Shown here: positions 18,759-26,623 of the stretch, piece after piece
How the letters are laid out: each line of letters starts with the position of its first letter
How positions within the stretch are numbered: the first letter of the stretch is position 1
Source of the DNA: an uncultured Candidatus Saccharibacteria bacterium
Lineage (GTDB): Bacteria > Patescibacteriota > Minisyncoccia > UBA6257 > WO2-44-18
Reading direction: 5' to 3'
Length of the DNA: 33,313 nucleotides
NCBI GenBank assembly: GCA_964348885.1
Contig: CAYGEK010000005.1
Location: 1-33,313, forward strand
Notes under the pieces: model-generated
What the model was told of the DNA's origin: nothing
Database searches by the model: none
The model's input: only the letters and a program-made list of their open reading frames with translations
Made by a program: the position numbers and the translations under genes

Positions 18759-18769
18759 CGGTTTTTTTA
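18743..18769 (+). terminator. Intrinsic terminator
   Basis: ACCGCTAT / ATAGCGGT stem followed by TTTTTTT. Confidence 0.8.
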
Positions 18770-18798
18770 TTGAAAATCATCGCCAATGAGAGTAAATT
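18770..18798 (+). promoter_or_regulatory. Candidate dnaG promoter: TTGAAA, 17-nt spacer, TAAATT, then 8 nt to the ATG
   Basis: Hexamers at 18770-18775 and 18793-18798. No SD before the ATG at 18807. Confidence 0.5.
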
Positions 18799-18806
18799 GA
18801 AAGCAC

Positions 18807-20555
18807 ATGACCGACTCTACGACGCAAATCAAAGAGAAGCTGGATATCGCCGATTTCGTCCGGACTTACGTTCAGCTGCATCCTGCCGGACGCAATTTGA
18901 AAGGACTCTGCCCATTCCATAAAGAGAAGACTCCTTCCTTTATCGTTTCTCCCGACCGCCAGACCTGGCACTGTTTCGGCTGCGGTATTGGCGGCGACGT
19001 TTTCGCCTTTATGATGAAGTACGAGAACATAGACTTCGTTGAAGCTCTGAAGATTCTCGGGGAAAAAACCGGGGTGGATATTGGTCGGGTGGGCAACAAT
19101 GATCAAAAGCAGGTCAATATTTTATACGAGGTCAACAATGCCGCGAAGACTTTTTTCAAACATATGTTGCGACAACCGGAAGGGAAGGCGGCGATAGAAT
19201 ATTTGAAGAAACGGGCGATGACCGGGGAGACGGCCCAGGAGTTTGAGATCGGCTTCGCGCCGGATGGCATAGATCTTCTGCTGAAATATTTAACCGGCAA
19301 AGGCTTTCCCGTTTCCGTGATAGAAAGCGCCGGCCTGGTTTTCAGGACAGAGCGGGGAACTTTTATGGACCGCTTCCGGGCCCGAATTATTTTTCCGTTG
19401 TACAACCATTTCGGGAAGGTAGTCGGATTTACCGGCCGAATCATGCCGGGCCACGAGCACGAGAACACGGGCAAATATATGAATTCGCCGGAGACTCCAG
19501 TATTTAATAAATCAAAAGTGCTTTACGGGTTTGACCGGGCCAAGAACAACATCCGCGAGGCGGGTGCTGCGGTATTGGTAGAGGGTCAGATGGATTTCAT
19601 CATGGCCTGGCAGGATGGAGTAAAGAATCTGGTGGCGACATCCGGTACGGCGCTGACGGTGGAGCATTTGAAAGCGTTACGCCGCGCCGCCGAAACTTTG
19701 ATTCTTTCCTTTGATCAGGACGAGGCCGGACGCGTCGCCACCGAGCGGGCGATAGATCTGGCGGGCGCCGCGGACTTTGCCGTGAAGGTTATGGATATGC
19801 CGGCGGATTTGGAGGCTAAGGATCCGGCCGATATCGCGGTAGCGAAGCCGGGGCTTTTAAAATCGCTCGCGACAAGCGCGATGCCGGCGATGGAGTATTA
19901 TTTCAGCCGGTATCTCAAAGGCGGAAGCGCTACCGAAATTAAAAAGGACACACGAGTAGTGCTTTCTAAAATAAAGTTTCTCACAAGTCCCGTAGAGCGG
20001 GCACATTGGTTAAAGGAAGTTTCCCGGCGTAGTGGCATTCAAGAGAACTATCTGATTGAAGAGTTGGAGGCCATCAAAGTGGTGCAGGTCGCGAGTCCGG
20101 CCAGAGATAATGAGTCTGTTCGAGAGAATGAGCCGATGGCGCGTAAGGATCTGATTAGTCAGAGACTAGCCTCGTTGGTTATCGGAGCCAAGAACAAATA
20201 TCCGATACTGGCGCCTATAATGAATGATCTGCCCGGCCCGTATCGGGATATTTTAAGAAGTAATTGTGGCGGCGAGTCGGTGGAGCTGACCGCGGAGCAT
20301 CAGCGGTTATTAGATGTGGTAAGCATGCGGGCCTCCTTGGAAATTCCTAAAGATGAGGTGGCTTTGGACACGGAGCTGGGAAAGTTGGTTCTGGAGATTC
20401 GGCTGGAATCTTTGAGGGAGCAGCGTTACCGGATTTCTGAAGCAATTCGCGTAGCCGAGATTAAAGGTGAAGACATCGGACCACTCTTATCGGAGAAACA
20501 GAAGATAGCGGACGAGTTTCGTCGTCTTGAAGTCAAGGGCGCCAAGGTGGTATAA
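18807..20555 (+). CDS. dnaG: DNA primase
   Basis: Zinc finger [11 protein letters not shown]....WHCFGCG. TOPRIM region ([14 protein letters not shown]). Confidence 0.95.
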   Translation: MTDSTTQIKEKLDIADFVRTYVQLHPAGRNLKGLCPFHKEKTPSFIVSPDRQTWHCFGCGIGGDVFAFMMKYENIDFVEALKILGEKTGVDIGRVGNNDQKQVNILYEVNNAAKTFFKHMLRQPEGKAAIEYLKKRAMTGETAQEFEIGFAPDGIDLLLKYLTGKGFPVSVIESAGLVFRTERGTFMDRFRARIIFPLYNHFGKVVGFTGRIMPGHEHENTGKYMNSPETPVFNKSKVLYGFDRAKNNIREAGAAVLVEGQMDFIMAWQDGVKNLVATSGTALTVEHLKALRRAAETLILSFDQDEAGRVATERAIDLAGAADFAVKVMDMPADLEAKDPADIAVAKPGLLKSLATSAMPAMEYYFSRYLKGGSATEIKKDTRVVLSKIKFLTSPVERAHWLKEVSRRSGIQENYLIEELEAIKVVQVASPARDNESVRENEPMARKDLISQRLASLVIGAKNKYPILAPIMNDLPGPYRDILRSNCGGESVELTAEHQRLLDVVSMRASLEIPKDEVALDTELGKLVLEIRLESLREQRYRISEAIRVAEIKGEDIGPLLSEKQKIADEFRRLEVKGAKVV

Positions 20556-20587
20556 TTGTCATATTAGAAGTACCCGCGTACTTTTCT

Positions 20588-21793
20588 TTGCGTGAAATGA
20601 AAAAGAAAAATAAGAAGAAGGCGATTAAAAAAGGGAGAAAAGTATCCCGGAAGCCGGCGAAAAAGGTTAAAAAAATCTCCAAGAAGGCGGCAGGTAAGCA
20701 GGCCGCCAAGAAGGAGGCTAAGCGAACCCTGGATCTTCAGGCCCTAGCCGAATTGACCGATCGTGGCCGGAGCCGTGGCTTCGTTACCGATACGGAGGTT
20801 TTGCATTACTTCCCTCATGTTGAGGAGGATATCGCCTTTTTAGAAGAGATTTACGACAAATTGGAGCAGGCGGGAGTTAAAGTCGTGGAAACCACGCAGC
20901 TAATTGAGCTTCCAAAAGAGGAGATTAGCGAGAAAGAATTGGAAGAGGCGACTATCGGAGATCATCTTCCGGACGCAGTTCAGATGTATTTGAAAGAAAT
21001 CGGCAAAACGCCGCTTTTGAAGACTGAAGATGAACGCGAGCTCGCGAAACGAATTGAAAAAGGCGACGAGGAGGCTCGCCGGCTTTTTATTCAGGCAAAC
21101 CTCCGCTTGGTAGTTTCTATCGCCAAGCGCTATGTAAATCGCACGCCGAATCTTTCTATTCTGGATTTGGTTCAGGAGGGGAACATCGGTTTGTCCCGCG
21201 CCGTGGATAAGTTTGATTACCGCCGCGGTTTTAAGTTTTCAACTTATGCAACTTGGTGGATTCGCCAGGCGATTACCCGCGCGCTAGCCGATCAGTCCCG
21301 CACAATCCGTATTCCGGTGCACATGGTGGAAACAATTTCCAAATATACCCAGGCAAAACGCCGCTTAACCCAGGAATTGGGCCGTGAACCGCTGGCAGAA
21401 GAGGTAGCGATTGAAATGAACATGCCCGTAGAGAAGATTCGCCACATCCAGAAGATCTCCCAGGACGTAGTTTCATTGGAATCTCCGGTCGGCGATGACG
21501 ACGAGGACTCCACCCTGTCCGAGTTTATTCCGGATGAAAAGAACTTAACCCCGTCACAAACGGCTTCTCAAACCCTGCTTCGGGATCGGATCAAAGAGAT
21601 TTTGATTGACCTGACTCCCCGTGAGCAGAAGATTTTAAGCATGCGCTTTGGCCTGGAAGACGGAGTGACCCACACCCTGGAAGAGGTTGGTAAGGAGTTC
21701 GGCGTTACCCGTGAGCGTATCCGTCAGATTGAGGCAAAAGCCCTCGCCCGCATCAAAGGACACGAGAAATCCCACACTTTGGAGGGATATTAG
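20588..21793 (+). CDS. rpoD: RNA polymerase sigma-70 family primary sigma factor (Lys-rich N-terminus; the start may be the ATG at 20597)
   Basis: Regions 1.2 through 4 are recognisable ([44 protein letters not shown]). Conserved dnaG-rpoD order. Confidence 0.95.
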   Translation: MREMKKKNKKKAIKKGRKVSRKPAKKVKKISKKAAGKQAAKKEAKRTLDLQALAELTDRGRSRGFVTDTEVLHYFPHVEEDIAFLEEIYDKLEQAGVKVVETTQLIELPKEEISEKELEEATIGDHLPDAVQMYLKEIGKTPLLKTEDERELAKRIEKGDEEARRLFIQANLRLVVSIAKRYVNRTPNLSILDLVQEGNIGLSRAVDKFDYRRGFKFSTYATWWIRQAITRALADQSRTIRIPVHMVETISKYTQAKRRLTQELGREPLAEEVAIEMNMPVEKIRHIQKISQDVVSLESPVGDDDEDSTLSEFIPDEKNLTPSQTASQTLLRDRIKEILIDLTPREQKILSMRFGLEDGVTHTLEEVGKEFGVTRERIRQIEAKALARIKGHEKSHTLEGY

Positions 21794-21801
21794 GCCATTT
21801 T

Positions 21802-21810
21802 TTATCCACA
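21802..21810 (+). promoter_or_regulatory. Perfect DnaA-box consensus TTATCCACA
   Basis: Exact 9-mer in the rpoD 3' intergenic region. The same 10-mer TTATCCACAG recurs at 26592. Confidence 0.35.
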
Positions 21811-21855
21811 GAGCCAAGTATTGGCAGGGAGGGGTAAGTATGCTAGGATGTATGC

Positions 21856-21878
21856 AAGGTGCTAAACACCTTTTTTTG
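21856..21878 (+). terminator. Intrinsic terminator after rpoD
   Basis: AAGGTG / CACCTT stem followed by TTTTTTT. Confidence 0.75.
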
Positions 21879-21971
21879 TTGGCTGGATAGCCCGCAAGCT
21901 ACCGGTTAATAACCACATTAATCATGACTATCTCCCGGGAACGCCACATTCCCGGTAAACCCTAACTAAAT

Positions 21972-23681
21972 ATGAAAAAGGTACTGGTAGCGACTTTAAT
22001 TATTGCCGCTATGGCCTCATCCGCGCCTCTGGTCCGGTTCGTCAGGGCGCAAGCGGTTGATCTCGGCGTTGAAAACGTCGGTCTTTTACCGTCCAATCCT
22101 TTCTATTTCCTTAAAGAATGGGGCAGGGGTGTACGTAAGTTTTTCACTTCCAGCAGTGTCCGGAAGGCCCGCTTGGAGTTCGATGTTGTGAACGAGAAGG
22201 CCGCCGAGCTCGGCCGTTTGGTTGAGATTACCCCGAACAACAAAGTTGGTCTGGTTGCCGCTTTTGATAACTACACGCTGGCGGTCGGCAATCTTGAGGC
22301 TCGCTTGACTGGTTTTACCGAGACGGTGACTAATCCCGCGGTCAGCCAGTTGGTCGGCGATATTCTTTCCCGCTCCATTCAGCATCGTAATCTTTTTGAT
22401 CAGCTGGATTTCAAATTCTCCGGCGACCAGGCTATTCACGAAGCGGTGAGCACCGCCAACCGAGCTATGGCGGAAATGTTGGCCGCAATCGTTACCCGAG
22501 TAGAGGCGGCAGGGGATTTTAGGACTCGCTTTGTGGCGATGACCCGCCCGGGCGCAGACAGCTTGCGGGGTGTGACGGCGGTAGAATTGGCCGGCGATTT
22601 AGCCGAGATTCTTTCCGGCGAAGATAAAGATTTCGCCAGCGCTTTGAAAGGTGACTTGCTTTTTGATCTGGTGGGCCATCTCGAAGGAGCGCAGTTAGCG
22701 AATCCGGAAGGTATTTCCGATCTTATCACCGGTCGCGCCGGTGATTCTCTGACCTTGCTCGGCATTTTTGATGAGGCTAGGGAGCTTACCCAAAATTCCG
22801 ATTTGCATAATACGCTAAGTTTCTCTCGCCCGCATTTCCTCGGTCAGTTAAACGCTCTTGATCGTCTGAATGAGGCTACGGCGGTAAGCTCTATGGAGCG
22901 TGCTCGCGCTTTTATCGCCTCCGTTCCGGCGAGTAATAAAGCCGTGGTTCGCGAAGGGTTGAGCCGAGCAAAGTACAATTTGGAACAGGCTGAAAAGCTT
23001 TTCCAAGAGGATAATTTTGAAGGCGCGGTAGGTCAGGCGAGCGCCGCTTATGCTACCGCTAAAGAAGCTTGGTACCACTTAGTGCCGGGTTTGATGGGTA
23101 ATAGCGATGTTTCCGAATCATTGCGTTCTTACTATGACACCTTGTCCGCCGCGGCTAAGGATGCCGATTTCCCGTCTGTGGAAAATCCGAAAGTATTCTC
23201 TTATCTTACCAATATAGAAAAACAGCTAATTGGTATCTCCAAGCTGATAGAGGGAGAGGCCCGTCCGGAACTGATTGCTGAGGCGACCAAGAGCGCGCGC
23301 GTGACGCTTTCGATGGTTGATGAGCTGATTTACTGGGCGTTTAATCCGGTATCGACCATGGCGGAGAAGTCCGCTCCATCGGCGATGATGTTTTCGGCGG
23401 CCGAAGTGCCGGTTTCCGCCACGGTGGTAATCTCCAATGACGGATTTGATCCGACAGTTCTTAAAGTAAAAGTTGGCACGAAAGTGACTTGGTTCAATAA
23501 AGACGTCCAGCCGCATTGGCCGGTCGCCGATGCCGGCACGAAAGTCATCACCGGTTTTGACGCGAAGAACGGTTTGAGCCAGGGAGAAACCTTCTCCTTC
23601 ACATTTGATAAAGCCGGTATTCTGAAATACCACGATCAGTTGAATCCGTCTTTGACGGGCACGGTAGAGGTAGCTGAATAA
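21972..23681 (+). CDS. Secreted/anchored helical repeat protein with a C-terminal cupredoxin-like domain
   Basis: N-terminal signal/anchor. An NPFYFLKEW motif that I recall as DUF5667-like (from memory, unverified). C-terminal F.P..L.V.VG..V.W.N.D...H domain lacking a Cys ligand. Confidence 0.8.
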   Translation: MKKVLVATLIIAAMASSAPLVRFVRAQAVDLGVENVGLLPSNPFYFLKEWGRGVRKFFTSSSVRKARLEFDVVNEKAAELGRLVEITPNNKVGLVAAFDNYTLAVGNLEARLTGFTETVTNPAVSQLVGDILSRSIQHRNLFDQLDFKFSGDQAIHEAVSTANRAMAEMLAAIVTRVEAAGDFRTRFVAMTRPGADSLRGVTAVELAGDLAEILSGEDKDFASALKGDLLFDLVGHLEGAQLANPEGISDLITGRAGDSLTLLGIFDEARELTQNSDLHNTLSFSRPHFLGQLNALDRLNEATAVSSMERARAFIASVPASNKAVVREGLSRAKYNLEQAEKLFQEDNFEGAVGQASAAYATAKEAWYHLVPGLMGNSDVSESLRSYYDTLSAAAKDADFPSVENPKVFSYLTNIEKQLIGISKLIEGEARPELIAEATKSARVTLSMVDELIYWAFNPVSTMAEKSAPSAMMFSAAEVPVSATVVISNDGFDPTVLKVKVGTKVTWFNKDVQPHWPVADAGTKVITGFDAKNGLSQGETFSFTFDKAGILKYHDQLNPSLTGTVEVAE

Positions 23682-23710
23682 AAAACTCCCGCTCAGGCGG
23701 GAGTTGCGGT
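23681..23710. terminator. Bidirectional intrinsic terminator shared by convergent genes
   Basis: ACTCCCGC / GCGGGAGT stem flanked by AAAAA on the left (a T-run on the - strand) and TTGCGGTTT on the right. Confidence 0.8.
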
Positions 23711-23881
23711 TTAGAAGTAGGCGGCAGGGCAGTTGTTACCGTCGCAGGCATTGATACGCTTGCAGCAGGGAGCGCAGAGTTGGCCGCTGCCTACGACATA
23801 ATGCTGTCGACCTTCGATGGGAGTGCTAACGGGATACTTAGTTTCAGCTTTGCAGATAACGCAACAATCCTTCGGCTCCAT
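23711..23881 (-). CDS. Small Cys-rich protein (56 aa, 8 Cys, zinc-ribbon-like CCxxC...CxxCC); absent from the ORF track because it is under 60 aa
   Basis: Hand translation: MEPKDCCVICKAETKYPVSTPIEGRQHYVVGSGQLCAPCCKRINACDGNNCPAAYF. SD GGAGG lies 4 nt before the ATG. A terminator with a T-run follows the stop. Confidence 0.6.
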   Translation of the reverse strand: MEPKDCCVICKAETKYPVSTPIEGRQHYVVGSGQLCAPCCKRINACDGNNCPAAYF

Positions 23882-23939
23882 AAAACCTCCTTTTGAAACT
23901 GGCTATATAATAGCACATTTTAGTAGTTTTGGTAGTGGG

Positions 23940-23991
23940 TTGACATACTCTAATTAATAGTGTATTATATGCGAGTAAGTAGCACATCCAA
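23940..23991. promoter_or_regulatory. Overlapping divergent promoter candidates that share the -10 region
   Basis: Plus strand: TTGACA 23940-23945, 17-nt spacer, TATTAT 23963-23968. Minus strand: TTGGAT (rc of 23986-23991), 16-nt spacer, TATAAT (rc of 23964-23969). Confidence 0.45.
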
Positions 23992-24213
23992 ATAGCTGCC
24001 TCCGGGCAGCTCCCTAGTCGGAATTCATACAAAAAGCAGCTTATTCAGTAATTTCAGTTTTTGAGTTAGAGGAAGCGTTAGTAGTTTGTGTGTAGATTCT
24101 AGTGTTACCGCCATGGGCGGGCAAAGAATGAAAGAATTAGAAAGTAGATAGATTGTGACTAGGGAGCTGATTTGAGGGAAAGAGCTCGGGCTTTAAGCCC
24201 GGGCTCTTTTGTT
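23975..24213 (+). ncRNA. Structured leader or small RNA (about 240 nt) between the + strand promoter and alaS, ending in an intrinsic terminator
   Basis: Perfect 12-bp long-range helix AGCTCCCTAGTC 24008-24019 with GACTAGGGAGCT 24157-24168. Local hairpins at 23994-24011 and CCGCC-ATG-GGCGG. Terminator at 24179-24213. Confidence 0.4.
24179..24213 (+). terminator. Intrinsic terminator 15 nt upstream of the alaS ATG
   Basis: AGAGCTCGGGCTT / AAGCCCGGGCTCT stem followed by TTTTGTT. It closely resembles the hairpin at 14229-14258. Confidence 0.7.
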
Positions 24214-24227
24214 CTATATTAGAAGCT

Positions 24228-25961
24228 ATGAAGTCAGAGCAGATTCGCCAAAGTTTTTTAGACTTTTTTAACTCCAAAGGCCACTCCGTGGTGCCGTCCT
24301 CTTCGCTCATTCCGGACGATCCGTCGGTGCTTTTGACCACCGCCGGTATGCAGCAGTTCAAAAAATATTTCACGGGCGAACTGGATGCATTAAAAGATTT
24401 TGGTAGTAAGAATACCGCTTCCGTGCAGAAGTGTTTCCGCACTTCCGATATTGAAGAAGTGGGCGATCGCACCCATCTGACTTTCTTTGAGATGCTGGGT
24501 AATTTTTCTTTTGGTGGCTATCTGAAGAAAGAAGCGATTCATCTGGCGTATGAATATATAACTAAAGTACTGGGCATCAGCTCCGATCGTTTGACGGTAA
24601 CGGTCTTCGCAGGTCAGGACGGCGTGCCGTACGATCAGGAGTCTTTTGATATCTGGCATAAGGAAATCGGCATGCCGGTTGAGAAAATAAAAAAGTGCGG
24701 CCGCGCCGATAACTTCTGGGGCCCGACCGGCAATGAGGGTCCGTGCGGCCCGACCACCGAGATCTATGCCGATGGCGTGGAGATTTGGAATCTCGTCTTC
24801 AATCAGTACTATCAAAAATCCGATCGGACACTGGAGCCGCTGAAAACTCCGGGCGTGGACACGGGCATGGGATTGGAGCGATTGGTCATTATGATGCAGG
24901 GAGTGGAGGATGTATTTCAGACCGATCTTTTTGAGGGGTTAATTAAAAACATCAACGAGGTCGCTCCGACCTTAAAAGACCGGGAGGTAAGAGTTTTTGC
25001 CGACCATCTGCGTTCTTCCATATTTTTAATCGCCGACGGTGTGCGTCCGTCTAACAAAGAAGCGGGATACATCCTTCGTCGGCTTTTGCGCCGCGTCATC
25101 GCGTATCAGACTATTTATGACGCCCATGCCGATCTTTTCGCTCTCGCCCACGCGGCTGTGAAGGAAAAATATGGCAAGCTCTATCCCGAAGTAAACGACC
25201 CGAGGATTTTAGAGGTAATGGATTCGGAAAAAGAAAAATTTGAAACAGCCATTGCCAAGGGCTTGAGGGAGATAAAAAAACACGCGGCAATCGGCACAAA
25301 AGAAGCCTTCCATCTTTATGAGTCGTTCGGCCTGCCGTTTGAGTTGATTAAAGAGCTGGCTCCGGAGGCTTCCAAAGACTTAGATAGAAAAGAATTTGAT
25401 GAGGCGTTTAAAAAGCATCAGGAGCTTTCCCGCGCGGGAGCGGAGAAGAAGTTCGGCGGCCACGGTCTTCTATTAGATACCGGCGAATTGAAGGCGAAGG
25501 ACGAGATTGAACTCAAGAAAGTAACTCGCCTTCATACGGCCACTCATCTGATGCAGGCCGCGCTCAGGAAGGTGCTCGGCCCGGACGTCCAGCAGAGGGG
25601 ATCGGACATCACCGCCGAACGGACGCGGTTTGATTTCGCGTTTCCTAGAAAACTTACACCGGAAGAAATTAAGAAAGTTGAGGAGTTGGTCAACGGGGCG
25701 GTGGCGCAGGATCTGCCGATGGGCTTTAAAGAAATGGCGAAAGAGGAAGCGGAAAAGACGGGCGCGCTTTATTTCTTCAAACAGAAATATCCTGAGCGCG
25801 TAAAAGTATATTTCGCGGGGCATACTTTGGACGACGCGTTTTCTAAAGAATTCTGCGGCGGCCCGCATGTTACGCATACTCTTGAGGTTGGAAAATTTAG
25901 AGTAATGAAGGAGGAAGCAGTGGGAGCGGGAGTGCGAAGGATCAGAGCCATTGTTGATTAA
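24228..25961 (+). CDS. alaS: Alanine--tRNA ligase, compact form (577 aa)
   Basis: N-terminal class II AlaRS core (FLDFF..KGH, TTAGMQQFK, FEMLGNFSFG, GMGLERL). Editing-type motifs HTATH ... CGGPHV near the C-terminus. No C-Ala domain. Confidence 0.93.
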   Translation: MKSEQIRQSFLDFFNSKGHSVVPSSSLIPDDPSVLLTTAGMQQFKKYFTGELDALKDFGSKNTASVQKCFRTSDIEEVGDRTHLTFFEMLGNFSFGGYLKKEAIHLAYEYITKVLGISSDRLTVTVFAGQDGVPYDQESFDIWHKEIGMPVEKIKKCGRADNFWGPTGNEGPCGPTTEIYADGVEIWNLVFNQYYQKSDRTLEPLKTPGVDTGMGLERLVIMMQGVEDVFQTDLFEGLIKNINEVAPTLKDREVRVFADHLRSSIFLIADGVRPSNKEAGYILRRLLRRVIAYQTIYDAHADLFALAHAAVKEKYGKLYPEVNDPRILEVMDSEKEKFETAIAKGLREIKKHAAIGTKEAFHLYESFGLPFELIKELAPEASKDLDRKEFDEAFKKHQELSRAGAEKKFGGHGLLLDTGELKAKDEIELKKVTRLHTATHLMQAALRKVLGPDVQQRGSDITAERTRFDFAFPRKLTPEEIKKVEELVNGAVAQDLPMGFKEMAKEEAEKTGALYFFKQKYPERVKVYFAGHTLDDAFSKEFCGGPHVTHTLEVGKFRVMKEEAVGAGVRRIRAIVD

Positions 25962-26011
25962 AGCTGCTCTTTATCGTAAAATCCGCACAGAACTTTGAAG
26001 GAGGATTTGCT

Positions 26012-26398
26012 TTGGGCAAAGACAAAATGTCGAATGAAGTTTACGCCATTCTGGAATCCTTGGTCAGAAGAATGCTGAAGCATTTCGGACCGCTCGACGC
26101 GAAGAATCTTAAGCTGTTACTCAACGTCCGCTCTTCCAAAGAAGTTGAGGCCTACCTGCAGTTCAAGGTACTCGCGGTTTTGGTGATAGATATGGACGGG
26201 AATCTTTCCAGTAATAAAGTCTCATCTCGGGAGGCTCTGGAAGCACTGTTCAAATTTAAAATCTCCGAGGCCGAACGTGCTTTGGTTACCGCCGAGAATT
26301 TCAGCGTTCGCTTCGGCCGGGTTGTCGCCAGTCTTCTTAACCAAGGAGTGTTTCGGTTCGATCTGGACTGGAACATCGTTCCGGTAAAGGGTCGGTAA
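26012..26398 (+). CDS. Hypothetical protein (128 aa from the TTG; alternative ATG at 26027)
   Basis: SD GAAGGAGGA at 25997-26005. No family recognised. Confidence 0.55.
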   Translation: MGKDKMSNEVYAILESLVRRMLKHFGPLDAKNLKLLLNVRSSKEVEAYLQFKVLAVLVIDMDGNLSSNKVSSREALEALFKFKISEAERALVTAENFSVRFGRVVASLLNQGVFRFDLDWNIVPVKGR

Positions 26399-26401
26399 GA
26401 G

Positions 26402-26494
26402 ATGACGGCTTCTGTTATCGTATTCGCTGTTTCTCTAACAGTTGCCGGAGTTCTTGCCTGGGCTTTTTCTCCTTCGATTCGCCGTAAGCAGTGA
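26402..26494 (+). CDS. Possible 30-aa hydrophobic micro-protein (MTASVIVFAVSLTVAGVLAWAFSPSIRRKQ)
   Basis: The ATG is 3 nt after the previous stop. Single TM-like helix with a basic C-terminus. A strong terminator follows directly. Not in the ORF track. Confidence 0.35.
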   Translation: MTASVIVFAVSLTVAGVLAWAFSPSIRRKQ

Positions 26495-26504
26495 AAAATT
26501 CTAA

Positions 26505-26531
26505 ACTACCCGCATACGGGTAGTTTTTTTA
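26505..26531 (+). terminator. Intrinsic terminator
   Basis: ACTACCCG-CATA-CGGGTAGT followed by TTTTTTTATTTTTT. Confidence 0.85.
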
Positions 26532-26591
26532 TTTTTTCGCAAACGAAAAGCTATTCCGCCCAGCGTACCCGGGTGATTGTTGAGCGAAAAG

Positions 26592-26616
26592 TTATCCACA
26601 GTATTTGTGTTATAAT
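26592..26616 (+). promoter_or_regulatory. Perfect DnaA box TTATCCACA (26592-26600) just upstream of TATAAT (26611-26616)
   Basis: Exact consensus 9-mer 10 nt upstream of a consensus -10. The -10 lies 7 nt before the GTG at 26624. Confidence 0.35.
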
Positions 26617-26623
26617 ATAGGAA

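Noticed and set aside
14659-18769. Integrated prophage or genomic island at tRNA-Pro.
   Set aside because: There are no integrase, excisionase or phage structural genes. I found no direct repeat of the tRNA 3' end downstream that could serve as an att site. Only the 15.7-17.3 kb portion is compositionally deviant.
24098-24120. T-box motif (GTGTTACCGCC compared with GGTGGTACCGCG) upstream of alaS.
   Set aside because: Only about 9 of 12 positions match. The string forms its own small hairpin (CCGCC-ATG-GGCGG) and lies about 65 nt upstream of the terminator instead of overlapping its 5' arm. I did not find a recognisable Stem I, specifier loop or GA motif. It is kept only as a possibility within the alaS-leader finding.
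21802-26600. Replication origin inferred from the perfect DnaA boxes.
   Set aside because: The two boxes are 4.8 kb apart and are not clustered. There is no adjacent AT-rich unwinding element and no dnaA/dnaN genes in the window.
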